Part shown: positions 1 through 14,219 of the stretch, piece by piece | Layout: the number at the start of each line of letters is the position of its first letter | How positions within the stretch are numbered: the stretch's first letter is position 1 | Source of the DNA: Octopus vulgaris | Taxonomy: Eukaryota | DNA: 64,000 bases | NCBI GenBank assembly: GCA_951406725.2 | Contig: OX597815.1 | Coordinates: 30,194,001-30,258,000, forward strand | Reading direction: 5' to 3' | Program-made: the position numbers and the translations under genes | The notes under the pieces: generated by a model | What the model was told of the DNA's origin: nothing | Databases searched by the model: none | Seen by the model: the letters and a program-made list of their open reading frames with translations, nothing else

Positions 1-352
1 AAGGCATTGGAAACACAACAGCAAAACCTATGGAAAATAAAGCTGGTGCAAGTTTAACGTCTTAGTTTTCTGAAATCAGTTCTTGCAGAACACACTTCTA
101 GTTAAAATCTTCATACGTGTATGTTGTTCGACAACAAAATCAACAAACAAGGGTAAATAATTTAAATCCTAAGATTAAGATTTTACAAAGTGAATTTAAA
201 TCCATTGTCTCAAAGGCTTTCAGTAAATGACAGAAAAATTGGTTTCGAAGGTGTATTTAATTTATGAACTTATCCTGCAACTTCAATTTATCCTGTAACC
301 TTAACTCCAGATCTGGAACTGTCTAACGTTAAAGACAATATTTAGGGTATTA

Positions 353-1442
353 GAGGGTGGAGCAGAGAGGACGGACGTTTTTGAAAACTTCACAAAACCA
401 TTAATTTTAGATGCAAAAAGTTTTACTGACTTTGATGAGTTTGTATTAAACACATGGACAAGTCAGGGGACTGAGGAGAGCCAAGAAATGTCAGCAAATC
501 TGGAAATGAGGCGGTCACCGAAGAGAGGGTGAAGAACGTCCATTGAAGTTCTCGCTGAGTGGGGCGTCGCCCCATCTTGCTGAAATCACACACATCAAAT
601 AGGTATACGTTTTCACCGAAATTCAGGCACAAAGAAATTGTTTATCATCTCGATGTAACGCTCGAAGTTCACAGTAAGAGCATTTTCATTATCGTCTTCA
701 AAAAAGGAAGGACCAATGACGATAGCTTTTCCAAAAGTTCACCAGACCGTCACATTTGGACTGTGCAATGGTCTTTCGTGCAGTTCTCTCGGATTTTCAA
801 GAGCCCAATAACAAAAGTTCTGTTGATTCACCATGCTATTGAGATGAAAATGAGCTTCATGACTCATTAACAAAACGGAGTTGTCATTTGCCTCTAAAAT
901 TGCTTCCATCTGACGTGCGAAGTCAAGCCACTTTGCATAGTCTCATAGTTTCAATTTATACGGGTGGAAATGCAGGTCTTCATGTAAGATACATCTTACC
1001 GATCGATTACCGATGCCAAGTTCAGTGGAATGTCCCCGAGCAGAGAGATTCGGACACCGTATCAAAGTTTGTCTGACGCATTTCACATTTTCCGGTGTCC
1101 GTACCGTTCGTGGCGCCCTATTCATTAGTGTACTTCGTGTACGAAATGCATTCACCCAACGTAAGATTGTGTTATGGTTGGGAACAGCCTGATTTCGGTG
1201 ATTGTTGAAGTGGCGCCGAAACTCACGCTGAACTGCTGTGACAGACTCGTTATTCTTCACGTAACTGTAGTAGGCAAACACGCGATGCACTAACCTCCAC
1301 AGCGCCATGGCTTCACCTGACAAGAAAACAAAAAACCTAAGATACCACGGACCGAGTGGTACCTGTCGGACATATGCTCTCCCCCATCCCTGGGGCTGAG
1401 TAATAACCATTTCAAAAGCTCCGTTCTCTCTGCCCCACCCTG
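353..1442 (-). mobile_element. Tc1/mariner-superfamily DNA transposon, internally deleted, with transposase pseudogene
   Basis: Imperfect ~33-bp TIRs (gagggtggagcagagaggacggacgtttttgaaa / tttcaaaagctccgttctctctgccccaccctg), each flanked by TA. Minus-strand HTH region (ESVTAVQREFRRHF...TILRWV...LHFHPYKL), FQQDG and PQSPDL motifs; frameshifted. Confidence 0.9.
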
Positions 1443-1559
1443 TATTATGAGACCTAAGTCAGCATCGACACTCTGAGATAACGGTGAGACGTTTGCATAT
1501 CTGCAGCTGATGCAATAAATGTTTCGTGTTATAAGCAAGGAAATAACATGCAACGGACT

Positions 1560-1790
1560 TCAGATTGATTTGATAGCATTTCTCTCGTACGGTAAAACTT
1601 ATGTAGCAGATGTGTAATTTTGTGAAATGATGATATTTTCCATATATTTGAAATTAGTGTGGCCACAAAATCTACTACTGAATCTTTACTATGCTCAATG
1701 AACTCAGCTGGTATATCATCATCTCCCGGAGGATTTACCTTAATTGATGTATTTAATCGCAATTCTGCCATCCTTTATTTTAGGGATATT
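1560..1790 (-). mobile_element. Old LINE ORF2 fragment (pre-RT region)
   Basis: Translation NPPGDDDIPAEF...LISNIWK resembles the KAPGxDxIPAE motif upstream of non-LTR RT domains; heavily decayed. Confidence 0.4.
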
Positions 1791-2230
1791 ATTTTATCAG
1801 TAACATGTTACTGTGGTAGTCTTCTATTACGTTCTCATCAATTACAAATAATATGTGAAAAAGATCTACGAAATGCTCGTTATCTTTTCAAAGTGATTTT
1901 AGGATCATTGATTAAAGCTGATCCAGCACTGGATCTAAAAGAGTCGTAGGTGGTTGGCTGGGACAAAATACCTATTTTTAAAAAGTTTACATTGTTTTGG
2001 AATCTTTTGTGACAAACTCCTCTGGAATATCTGAGGGTATACTCAACTACTGCATGTCCTTCATTGCCTCAATTCTCTCTACACAATTGATTTATGGCAC
2101 AATAATAATTTCTGTCTTCAGTGCTCCTTTCTGGATAAATCAGGATTGAACAGAATCTTGTGCTATGCTTGATGTCTAGAAGACCAATATATTGGCAGCG
2201 GCAGCATAAACTGTTTACTTGAAGTTTGGT

Positions 2231-2730
2231 CATGAAGCGAAGCAATGAATTGTCTTCTTATTCTCTTGGCAGTCCATAGATCTCCGATGAACACTGGTAG
2301 TCTGTGGTCGGGACTGAGGATGATGCAGCCCGCTGATGCCCGTCTCTTGCCACTGCGAGGCGTTGCTGTCTATACAGCTACAACAGTGTAGGTGGTTGAC
2401 CTCCTGGAAGTTCTGTTTGTGGCTGCCTTCTCGTGTTTGCGAGGCTGGATGCCACACCACTTTAGGTTGCCCTCCAGGGTGTCCTTATACCTCAACTTGG
2501 GTCTACCTTATGGCCTTGTGCCTTCCTTCAGCTCACTGTAGATCAGTTGTCTGGGGATGCGGTCGTCGTTCATTCTGACAACATGGCCGGCCCAGTGCAA
2601 CTGAGATTTGAACAGAGGTGCCTCGACGCTCGTGGACACTGCTCTGTCTAGGACACCTTGTTGGAAACTGTCCTGCCAGCGGATACCCATGATTGCTGCC
2701 TGATGTGCTGGCGGTATAGAGTCCACGTTT
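2231..2730 (-). mobile_element. RTE (BovB-like) LINE 3' fragment
   Basis: QLHWAGHVVRMNDDRIPRQLIYSELKEG is the typical RTE C-terminal motif; homologous to the 57484-58660 fragment. Confidence 0.85.
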
Positions 2731-3055
2731 CACAACCAATGAGTTTGCTAGAACTTTACTAAAATAAGTAGGTATTGCCGAAAGTCTGATTCTGTCAATA
2801 TCCAGTCATATTATTTGGCGGAAACATTTTCCGAACAACCGACTTCTGCTTTGCTCATACAAGATAGTAACTAATCTATTACAAACTCTACACAAAACTG
2901 TGAAGCTACAGAGATGATGAATAACAAATTTATGTATTGAAACAAAGTAAATAAGACGACCCTGCCTCGACGGAGGATAGGTCCAGGTATATGCTTGCTT
3001 TTCTAAGAGAATATAGTATGGCTTATCACAAGAACTAAGTCTGCAGCTGTAGCAG

Positions 3056-3056
<1 letters not shown>

Positions 3057-3116
<60 letters not shown>

Positions 3117-3226
3117 GATTTTTTGAATTACTAATTATCAATTCTGAACAAGACCTATTGCTATTTTTACTCCCTATATTCTATTTTTTTAGCTCTGTCA
3201 CAGTATGACTTTATGTACGGACGTTT

Positions 3227-3279
<53 letters not shown>

Positions 3280-3518
3280 TCTCTCGCCATTCATGCATAC
3301 ATACATACATACATACATATATAAATACATATACATACACACGTGCAACCATCCATCGAACTATCCATCCATCCATCCATCCATCAATCCACACACACAC
3401 ACACATACACACACATATATACATACTGTATACACAAGAATATATGTCTTTCTTGATCCCTATGTATGTATGTATGTATGTATGTATGTATGTATGTATG
3501 TATGTATCTATCTATCTG

Positions 3519-3589
<71 letters not shown>

Positions 3590-3640
3590 CATACGTAAAC
3601 ACACACTCACACATACATATGCCTGTGTGCATACATACAC
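3057..3640. repeat. Compound microsatellites (TAC)n, (CT)n, (CATA)n, (TATG)n, (TA)n
   Basis: Visible directly; representative of dozens of similar tracts across the window. Confidence 0.95.
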
Positions 3641-3986
3641 GCGTTCATCGTCTTGTTCAAGCGAAGACATGTAGAGTAATTATACCAACATGTGATAAAA
3701 TACGTCGGTTTCATAAATATTTGTACATCTGGCAGATTTGTAGGTAACGTTTCGTGCTTTGATAAAACACATAAAAGAAAATTTACTACATAGTACGATG
3801 GTGAATCTTTTTCACAAACAAATACACTTGATCACATAGAAAGACAATAAATAAACACCAACGGAGGTTTAGGTTTGGTATTCATTCATTCTGTCCGAAG
3901 GAATCATTTGACCAAATACCAACCAGAAATTTCACGAATGTAAATGAATATAATATGCTTTACTTTTTATATGGTTATTATTCATA

Positions 3987-4329
3987 GGTAAAGACACCTC
4001 CTTCGGTCATGAATGACCATGGGATTGCACCTAGAAAGTTACCCTCCTAGACACAAGTCCGGGCAAGGTTGTTTATGGAAGACCACCAGTCGCCCATGCA
4101 TACCAGCCTCCCCTCTCCACGCCACCAGTATTATCCAAGGGAAAGACAAAGGTCGATACAGCTTGGCACCAGTGACGTCGCAACTCATTTCTACAGCTGA
4201 GTGAACTGGAGCAACGTGAAAATAAAGTGCCTTGCTCAAGAACACAACACGCAGCCCGGTCCGGGATTCGAGCTCACAACCTCACGATCATAAGCTCGAC
4301 GCTCTAACCACTGAGCCATGCGCCTTCAC
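3987..4329 (-). mobile_element. tRNA-derived SINE family A (CORE-like body)
   Basis: Minus strand starts gtgaaggcgcatggctcagtggttagagcg (A box) ...gctcgaatccc (B box), then tgtgttcttgagcaaggcacttt (CORE-like). Near-identical copy at 59585-59926. Confidence 0.9.
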
Positions 4330-4829
4330 GCGTATTTAATTTAATATGAGTTTATTTAATACAGTGCACTTGAAAGGCTAACTTGAATTATTTAAAGGGT
4401 TTGGATAATGCAAGGGTAGTAATTGACTACTACTACTACTCCAATCGTTTTTTCTGCAAGCACAGGAGACAATTCGGAACACGTTTCGCTCTTCTTAACA
4501 CCACTGCACCTTTGTAATTGATATATAACCAATACCATACGTGTCATTGCTAATACATATTCATGTATTCGCGGGTAAATCTTTTGTCCGCCATTACACA
4601 ATGTTTGCTCTTCTGTACCTGCTACCAAATTTATTGTTTAAACAGTTAAAAATAACGTTGAGACATAAAGACAAGAACTGAAAATCGTACCCATATCTTA
4701 CGTAATGCAACTGGACAGTTCAGTGGAGACATGCGGAAGACTTGTGAATACACCCCATAATCTTCTATTCAAATCTATCTATCTATCTATATGTCTATGC
4801 ATACAAACAGATATACATACAACTATTAC

Positions 4830-4889
<60 letters not shown>

Positions 4890-4931
4890 GCATACATATA
4901 TATATATATGTATGTATGCGTGTGTGTATTA

Positions 4932-4981
<50 letters not shown>

Positions 4982-6094
4982 ATAGGTGTGTTAATGCAAA
5001 CAGGAAAAATAGACCTCAAAATATGAGTATATCTATATTTTATAGCTATTTTTATTAATATTAATTAACTCTTTGTTACTTATGCTAAATATTAATATGT
5101 GTGTATGTGTATGTGCGCGCATGTAATGTGCGTGTGTGTGTTAGAGTTATCCGGAAGTGGATTTTTAAATCTATTATCTTGAAACAACATGAAAATAAAT
5201 TAATTAAATCCTTCTAGAATGCTTCTATTGAGTATAAAGGAAACTCTGTCAGGATACAAAAGAATAACATATCTTTTTTTTTAGCTAGGTTAGTATTAAC
5301 ACGAACATGCGACGCGAGATATCGCCAATTTCCGTAAGATCGTTAATATAGGCAAGGTCAGTGACGGAGAAACCTCTTCAGAGCAAAAGTAATTTAAAGT
5401 TGGTATTGAGTTATTCATATCTACTCCACTCCACTGTTTATATGATACACTGAAGCGCAGCGTGAATCATCAATTGTTCACAGTGCTTTATAATATGTTC
5501 TGCTATAGTTGTTTCGGAAAATTCCATAGAGAGAACGATGACTTTTTTTTTAATACAGTTTGCTTTCCTACTTCATTAGTAATCAACAGAACCATGTCAC
5601 AGACTTGTTTAATGATATATCCTACTCAAAATGGGTCGAATATCCAGTTCCCCCTTCGCGTATGGCACTTGTGCTTGCATGGTGAGGAGTGTGATTTTGA
5701 ACACTCTGCAGGATGAAATGTTCAAGACCTGTCACGGAAGACATGAACTCAGAGAAATCAATGATCAACCAATAATGTGCATATATGTACATTAAATATG
5801 CATGTATGTTTGGTGGCAGATTCGAATAGCATATCATTCAATAAGACATGGGGGAAATAGACAGCCGTCATCACCACAGCCTCGAAGTTGGCGGCAGCAA
5901 GATAGCAGAGGCAACCAATTTGCAGAGTAACATGCCTTCATGCTGAGCTACAAACCATGATACAGACTCAACATCTGGAATAATATTTTACGTCCTGGAC
6001 ACATACTAAGTTGGATAATATTGCGAGTTTTGGTAATCCGTTCAGCAAATTGGTTAATCTCTTGCAATTTGCACGAGCTCAGCTGTCTTGACTT

Positions 6095-6491
6095 GGGATG
6101 GGATGGAAGCACTCCGTCGGTTACGACGACGAGGGTTCCGGTTGATCCGAATCAACGGAACAGCCTGCTCGTGAAATTAACGTGTAAGTGGCTGAGCACT
6201 CCACAGACACGTGTACCCTTAACGTAGTTCTCGGGGATATTCAGCGTGACACAGAGAGTGACAAGACCGGCCCTTTGAAATACAGGTACAACAGAAACAG
6301 GAAGTAAGAGTGAGAGAAAGTTGTGGTGAAAGAGTACTGCAGGGATCACCACCATCCCCTGGCGGAGCCTCGTGGAACTGTTTTCAGGTGTTTTCGCTCA
6401 ATAAACACTCACAACGCCCGGTCTGGGAATCGAAACCGCGATCCTATGACCGCGAGTCCGCTGCCCTAACCACTGGGCCATTGCGCCTCCA
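6095..6491 (-). mobile_element. tRNA-derived SINE family B
   Basis: A box tggcccagtggttagg and B box gtttcgattccc on the minus strand; 12-bp TSD ctgtcttgactt. Near-identical copy at 14823-15203. Confidence 0.9.
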
Positions 6492-7293
6492 CTGTCTTGA
6501 CTTAACTTTAAACACTAAGCGTAAGAATGTCCGTGCCTGATTTCAAAAGTAACTTGCACTATTCTACTGAGTTTAGCGAGTAACACTATGTGACACAGAC
6601 CTCCAGCTAAAGGTTAAATAGCCGTGGTGTGGTGAGTTGTGTATTCTGTACATATCTTCTGGTGTTTTAGGCGCATTAAACTTGTAGTGTAGATGGGAAC
6701 AATCGCGGTTCCGCTTCCTTCATGTGACTGAATCTTTTGGACTCCCACACGGTAGACCTTACACTACAGTACTGGGGGTACCGTACATTTGCAGCAATAA
6801 AATACCCCCGCGTCAATAGCTTTGGTTGCACAGGAGGTTAGAATGGGTGTGGACAGTTGTAATCATCTGGTCTTTTGTACGGAGACGCCCCCTGCTGAGT
6901 GGCTTACAGATGAAGTCATTGTTTCTTCTTTGACCATATATGGACGAACACGTTAACCTTCGGCATCTTCTGTTTTCTCTTTATTCTTTCTCTTGTTCTT
7001 GTTATTTATTTTGGTTGTTGCTTAGTCATCGGCAAATTTAACTAAGGAAATATGATCATGTTGTATGTATGTATGTATGTATGTATGTATGTATGTATGT
7101 ATGTATGTATGTATGTATGTATGTGTGTATGTATGTATGTACGTATGTGTGTATGTATGTATGTATGTATGTATGTATGTATGTATGTATGTATGTATGT
7201 GTGTATGTATGTATGTATGTATGTATATGTGTAAGTATAAGATTGTGTATTTTCTAAGTATCCATCTATCTATCATCTCTCTCTCTCTCTCTT

Positions 7294-7331
<38 letters not shown>

Positions 7332-7333
7332 TA

Positions 7334-7366
<33 letters not shown>

Positions 7367-7431
7367 TTATATATGTATGTAGGTATGTATGGATGGATGC
7401 ATGGATGCATGGAAGTCCATGTATGTGCATC

Positions 7432-7468
<37 letters not shown>

Positions 7469-7935
7469 GTGTATGTGTGTGTGTGTGCGCGCATATGTGT
7501 GTGTTTATTATTTAAATGCATGTAAATACTATTAATATACTGCACTCCGTGTGATACAATTGCTAAGAAGAAGGAATATTTTCTAAAGAAAATAAACATA
7601 CAATTTAACGATGTTTTGTAAACCCATTTCAACAAATACAAACAGAGACTAGCTGCAAAATATATTTAGAAACAATAACAGCGTCACGGGTAATTCATAT
7701 TTTTCGAATACGTGTATGTACGTGTATTTGGGTACACTTATGCACCTATGTTTATATACTCTTGTTTTGCCAAATAGAAATATCTATGCATATGTATATG
7801 GATGTGTGCGTGTGTGTGTATGTGTATTTGTGTGTGTGTGAATCCATAATGATGCATGTACGAGCGTGAATATATATATATATATATCTTATAAGTTGTT
7901 TATAAATTTAACCTTTAAAGGTACTTTTTTAATAT

Positions 7936-8303
7936 ACTCTTTTACTCTTTTACTTGTTTCAGTCATTTGACTGCGGCCATGCTGGAGCACCGCCTTTAGT
8001 CGAGCAAATCGACCCCGAGACTTATTCTTTGTAAGCCCAGTACTTATTCTATCGGTCTCTTTTGCCGAACCGCTAAGTAACGGGGACGTAAACACACCAG
8101 CATCGGTTGTCAAGCAATGCTAGGGGGACAAACACAGACATACAAACATATACACACACACATATATATATATATACATATATACGACAGGCTTCTTTCA
8201 GTTTCCGTATACCAAATCCACTCACAAGGCATTGGTCGGCCCGGGGCTATAGCAGAAGACACTTGCCCAAGATGCCACGCAGTGGGACTGAACCCGGAAC
8301 CAT
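7936..8303 (-). mobile_element. SINE family C (internal microsatellite), 5'-truncated, nested in the 480-bp unit
   Basis: Reverse complement of the 30686-31100 element lacking its first ~45 nt; interrupts the left terminal repeat at aatat|gctggcc. Confidence 0.9.
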
Positions 8304-8543
8304 GCTGGCCATTGATAGAACTTTTTCCAAAAAAATTTTATCCTATATTAGATGTAAATTTAATAGTGTTCACTTCCGGACTCTCTCAATCTGTGGGAGT
8401 TTTCAGTTCGAATCGAACTTGTCTCGACGTGTGCTGGAGAATTTCTATTTTGAATATATTTGGGGTACTTAATTGTTCTCATGACGTGGTGTTTGCTTCT
8501 TCCATGGGTATAAGTAAGTTTTTCATTTACTCCTTTGCCGCAT

Positions 8544-8604
8544 TTATCACTGATCAAGAGAAGGTTCCTATGAATTAACTCTGAAATCGGATCCGATATG
8601 GTAA
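8544..8604 (+). ncRNA. Type I hammerhead-ribozyme-like motif (core G8 mutated to C)
   Basis: ttatca-CTGATCA-agag..ctct-GAAA-tcggatccga-TA-tggtaa: stems I and II pair; stem III is palindromic. Confidence 0.7.
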
Positions 8605-8882
8605 TAACGGAATTTTTTTTAGAAATTTCTGTCGGCTTTCTTCGAGACACGAACTTATAGTGATAAATTATATGGTTATTGACAAAGTGTCTATTTTCGG
8701 CATATATGGCATGAAACATTTTTTCTTTTGCCCTTGTTTATAAGTTGTTTATAAAGTTAACCTTTAAAGGTATTTTTTAATATGCTGGCCATTGATAGAA
8801 CTTTTTTCGAAAAATTTTATCCTATATTAGACGTATACATACATACATACATACATACATACATACATACATACATACATAA

Positions 8883-8945
<63 letters not shown>

Positions 8946-9506
8946 CATACATATATACATATATGCGTATTTACATACTGTATTTATATTCGGCGGCACT
9001 CTCATTTATGTGTAAGATGGCACAAAATTTATTTGTGCATTCATTCATTAAACAGTGTAAAGGCCAAACTATTTGAAAAATATGAATTATCCACTTGACA
9101 TTACAATTATTTTATAATTTGTTCCAGAACTATCCAGGAAAATGCCTTTATCACTGGTATATATAGAGAGCCAATTGATTTGTAACTAATTTGATGACAC
9201 ACGAATCTTTCGGGCCTGGGGTCATTGTGTTGCTTTTGTTAAATACTAATAAAATATATATATATAAATTTGGAAATATATATATACTAAATTCCTGGCT
9301 TTCAGAGTATCGCAAAAGGCCTGGATGAAGGCCTAACCTTCCGAGTTCCGAGAAAAACCTGAGCGATCACTGCAATGAGTGAGTGAATCTTAGAGGGGAC
9401 TATGTTGAATAAAATTATAATTAACTGATACTCTGGTATTTTCTTTTACCTAAAGGCCCGGACTTTTCATCACTCTGTTGTATACGTACTCGTGTGTGTG
9501 CGTGTA

Positions 9507-10035
9507 TTGGATTGGCAACTAAGTTCCTGTCGTTTTTTTTTAACTTTGGAATCTATTGCGATTTTAAATTTTTGAATCTATTTTTTTCGAGAATTCTATT
9601 TTTGAATCATTTTGGAATCTATTTTGTATTTTTTTCTAGTTAATTTTAGTTAATTTTTTGTTTATTTTCAGATCATTAAAATGGAATGTCAAGTTAAGAA
9701 AGACGAGCCTTTTTGACACCTTCTTTTTGCTTTTAATCAAAGTTCTAAGGCCGCAAAATCTACTCGCGACATTTCTGTTGTGTATGGAGAGGGTGCCATA
9801 GCTGAAAGAACCGCTTGTGATTGGTATGTCAAGTTCAGAAGTGGAAATTTTGACCCCAAAGACGCACTTCGTTCTGGCCGTCCAGTTGAGTTCGATGAAG
9901 AGCAATTAAACCAAATTTTTGCACGAAAATTCTCGTCAAACGACAAGGGAACTGGCAGAGAAAATGGAATGCTCCCGCACTGCAATAGAGAAGCATCTTC
10001 ACTCCATGGGAAATGTTCAGAACTATGGAACATGA
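9507..10035 (+). mobile_element. mariner transposon 5' remnant (transposase HTH pseudogene)
   Basis: TA then TIR-like ttggattggcaactaagt; ATG at 9681; VYGEGAIAERTACDWYVKFRSGNFDPKDALRSGRPVEFDEEQL is a mariner DNA-binding domain. Confidence 0.9.
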
Positions 10036-10981
10036 TTGTTTTGTCCTTGCCCAATTATATCAACTAGATCTTAGTTTATTACTGGTATATAATGCACTTT
10101 AAGTGTAATGTAACGGCTGTCTTTATACAAAGTTTGAACTCAAATAGTACCAACTTCAAAGGCATATACTAAAATTCAACTTTATTCTTACTCAAGCCAA
10201 TGATTTTGTACTTAGATTCTAAGATCCAAGTTTGTTTCTTGTGGACGAAAAACATGAAAAGTTGATTGAATCGACCCTAATATCGTTATTGGAATATATT
10301 TTATTGGTTTTTGTCAGAAAGATGAAAGAAATAAACAACTCTAGCAGGGCTTGGCTTCAAAAGTATGAAACCATGAATTCGATTCAATGTTTCTTTCTTT
10401 ACTGTAAATTTTTCGATTATATTCAGAGTTTTAATTTTTTTTCATTGATCCCTGAAAAATAGGAATCAACATAAAATATAATTTAAATAAGAGGAGCACC
10501 GAATTAGGTACCTTGGAAACTTCCGGTTCGATTCTCGTCACTGTTTCGTTAATTTCGCTACCTCTGTATCGCATAGAATATTACTTGCTGTTGTTTAGTC
10601 CCCGACAAACCATATGACCAATGGTGTACCAGCCATGGCCATTTCGTCATTTTATATCGGAGATAATGTTGACCAATGTATTCTTAGTCATTGCAGCCGC
10701 TCACACACACACACACACACACACACACCTATATAATTGGTTTTATGCCTAATTATATGTAAAGGCAATTTATTGATAAATTAAAGCGTTACTCAATAAT
10801 TGTTCGTAGAGTTAAATGCTTATCAAATATTAATAAAATGTTGAGAGTGACGTCGAATTATCGTATTGCTCGTATTCGATAGACGGTCTAACGAAGGCGA
10901 GTAAACGAAACTTAGAGGTTACTTTCAACATTTACCTGATATGTATATATCGCACGCACACACAATCACACACACACACAA

Positions 10982-11016
<35 letters not shown>

Positions 11017-11776
11017 TACAGACAGACAGACACACGTACACACAAAGCTAAGTATGAGAATAAGAATTTTGACACAAGCTGTATAAAAAAATGCTAGTGT
11101 ATTTTTTATGCAATTTAGTTTCATGTCTCACATAACAAAGTTTAAAATCTCAAACAAGTGAAGTTCTCAGGAGCGATAAACTAACAGTCAGCTGCACAAT
11201 GAGCTTGGTTATAGTATTTGTGGTGCATAATATAAACTTGATATGGTTATCAATCAAAATAGATGTGGTAACTAAAGTGCTACAGAAATGTATACAAAAC
11301 ATTGCTAGTTTTATATATTTTGCAAATTTCTGACTAACAACGGAACTGATTTTATCACATTCACTTTGCTGACATGAAATTAACTAAGCAACGTCAAACT
11401 TAATTTATAAAATATCGTGTGAAGAAATCTTGAAATGCAGGGGTCAAGCCCCTCACTTCATACGAAACATATATCATGTATATCATATAAAGTATATTTA
11501 ATGATAAGGGGAAATAAGAAATCCACCCTAAAAAGGGGATTGCGTCAGCAAGAATTGTAACAACATTCACGATAATTTGTATCAATAATGTTGGCCACCA
11601 CGAGGAGTGCAAAATCCGAAAACCTTCGATAAATTGGATTATATTTATGAATGAACAGTATTTTGCACACGATTCCCTTGCACGGTTCTATTTATCAGCT
11701 CTTCAGCAGCAGAAAATCGCTAACCTCTAGCCGGGAAATGGCTGAATTCCATAACAACTATTTCTCCCATTGTCCA

Positions 11777-11832
<56 letters not shown>

Positions 11833-11903
11833 ATATAGGGAGAGTTTACGAAAAAGATAAAAGACGAAGATGTATTAGTATAACGCTCAGAAATAGAAAA
11901 AGT

Positions 11904-11939
11904 CTTTTACGTTTCGAGCCTACGCTCTTCTACAGAAAG
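11904..11939 (-). ncRNA. Minimal hammerhead-like motif, variant core CUGUAGA
   Basis: Minus strand cttt-CTGTAGA-a-gagc gtag gctc-GAAA-cg-TA-aaag, inside a ~175-bp unit (11838-12012) between microsatellites; homologous to the 60070-60491 units. Confidence 0.6.
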
Positions 11940-12900
11940 GGATACAGAAAAAACAAGGAGAGAAGCAAGGAGAGAAAAAAATGTGTATAGTGGCTAACGA
12001 TCTATCATGGTGACACATACATACATAAATATACATACACACACAAACAAACACATACACACATATATATATATGTATATGTTGATAGAAGATATGGCTA
12101 TTTATTATAATGCAATATCGAATTACACGTTTCAGGTCACTGCGATCTCCAGGTGAGAACTGAAGCTCGTAAGACAAATCTCATCTCAATCCCATTAAAT
12201 ATGTAGAGACACGCAAACACGCATGTACGTGTATATGCCTGTGTTTACATATATATATATATATATATATACATACATACAACATAAATACACATTACGC
12301 ACACAAACACACATACATGTATGTATGTATTTACGTAGGCATATATAATGTACAATATAGACACATTGCGCAGCTGGATATTATTTTATCGACTTTAAGA
12401 ATTTCACTTCTTCGGGATTGTAGCGTGAGACAGAAAACTAAATTTTTGGAAAGAAAAAAAAACCAAAAAATTAAATAAAATAAGAAACGCTCGAACTATT
12501 TTATATTATTGGTATCAAAATCCACACCATCTCATATTTAGACTTGCTGCGTCGAACTGTGGCACAGTTCATCTACAGTTAAGTGATAGGTCTCGGTAGT
12601 GAAAGAAAAGTAGATAAAAACAAAAGTGAAATTTATTGATACACCCAAAGTGCTGCGAGGTAATAAAAGACAGGTGGAAAATACATGGGAAGTTGATATG
12701 TGCCAAATGCTAATGGTAAGAATGCAAAATAAGAAAGCTAATAGGAAAGTTGCAGATCTTTAGTGTTACATCAATATATCTGTCAGTGAGGATTGAATTA
12801 AATATATTTTACGTAACGTTCACTAATATCCCAATTCTCAGTCTATTTACCTGTCTGTCTGTCTGTCTGTCTCTCTTTATCTATCTATCTATCTATCTAA

Positions 12901-12958
<58 letters not shown>

Positions 12959-13140
12959 GTCTGTTTATCTATCTGTTTATCTATGCATTATTCTATCTAA
13001 CTATCTGTTTATTTATCTATCTATGTATCTAGCTATGTGTCTGTCTGTCTGCCTGTCTGCTTGTCTTTTTGTCTTCCTGTCTGTCTGTCTATCTATCTAT
13101 CTATCAATCTATACATGTATCCATGTTTGTGCGTGCGTAT

Positions 13141-13280
13141 ACGACTGGCTACTTTTAGTTTCCGTCAACCAAATCCATTCAAAAACTTTGGTTGGCTCTT
13201 AGCTATAGTAGTGGGACGTGGGACTGAACCCGGTACCATGTACTTGGGAATAAAATTTATTACAACACTGCCACGCTCGA
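13141..13280 (-). mobile_element. SINE family C fragment
   Basis: acgactggctacttttagtttccgtc...gtgggactgaacccggtaccatg matches the family C head and body. Confidence 0.75.
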
Positions 13281-13624
13281 GACTATATATAAGTTTATGT
13301 CTGTCTGCCTGTCTGTCTGTATGTATGTATGTATATATGTATGTATGTATGTATGCATTATGTATGTATGCATGCATGTATGTATGTATGTATGTATATA
13401 CACACACACACACACAGACACACACAGACACATGCAGACAGACAGACACACACACACACACATATATATATATTTACTTACATACAAACACACACACTTA
13501 CACACACACACACACACACCTATACACACGCGCTCACATTTAATATCTTTCCGAAACAAATTTGGTAGATTTTATTTTGCAGAGCTGGATAACATGGGAA
13601 CTAACAAAAAAATATACAATGTAT

Positions 13625-13672
<48 letters not shown>

Positions 13673-14219
13673 ACATACGTATATATAGATATATATATAT
13701 TTATATATTTGTATATATTTATGTGCGCGTATGTGTGTATGCACGTGCAAGCACGTGTCTGTGTATGTGTATCTAGCAGCTTATTTCCCTCTCGTCATAT
13801 ATATTATCTGCGGGCGCGCATGCACAAGCATAAGTGTGCATGTATATGTGTAGGCCGTGCATCAAGTGCTCAGATTCAGCTTTAGTTAAAATTCTCGCCT
13901 GAATTGTATTGAATGGCAACTAAATCTCGTGGTGTTCTTCGATGCAACAGAAGAGGCAACCTCTATATAAACAATAACTCCATGTTGCCAGCGTAATAGA
14001 TGCTACATGTCAGTTGCTGATAACTAGCTTGTTGAGTGTTAATCACCATTTAGATAATAGTTATTTGGAATGCCGGTATAGTCTCAGAACACTTCTACTT
14101 TATATTCTAGTGCTAATGTCACGTATTTTATGTCACACGTAAGAAGCGTATGAATGTTTGTTTAAGAAAAGCTATGCACAAAAACACACCCCATATTTAC
14201 GCAATGTATATCTAATTAG

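Larger units (their letters stand above)
7889..8831 (+). mobile_element. 480-bp non-coding unit with ~94-bp terminal redundancy carrying a hammerhead-like motif (pLTR/retrozyme-like)
   Basis: ttataagttgtttataaa...gctggccattgatagaac...cctatattaga occurs at both ends (period 480 once the SINE insert is removed); flanked by (TA)n and (CATA)n; homolog at 26725-27085. Confidence 0.7.

Noticed and set aside
4255-4329. tRNA-like sequences at SINE heads (also 6420-6491, 15130-15203, 59853-59926)
   Set aside because: Part of dispersed SINEs with bodies, tails and in several cases TSDs; no proper acceptor stem, so not called as tRNA genes.
6505-7035. Possible decayed LINE ORF1 on the minus strand
   Set aside because: No diagnostic motif recognisable.
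9300-9470. Short inverted repeats (cagagtatc/gatactctg; ggcct/aggcc)
   Set aside because: Too short, single copy, no recognisable ribozyme or TIR pattern.
10884-10916. ctaacgaagg...cgaaac motif
   Set aside because: No stem II or stem I pairing.
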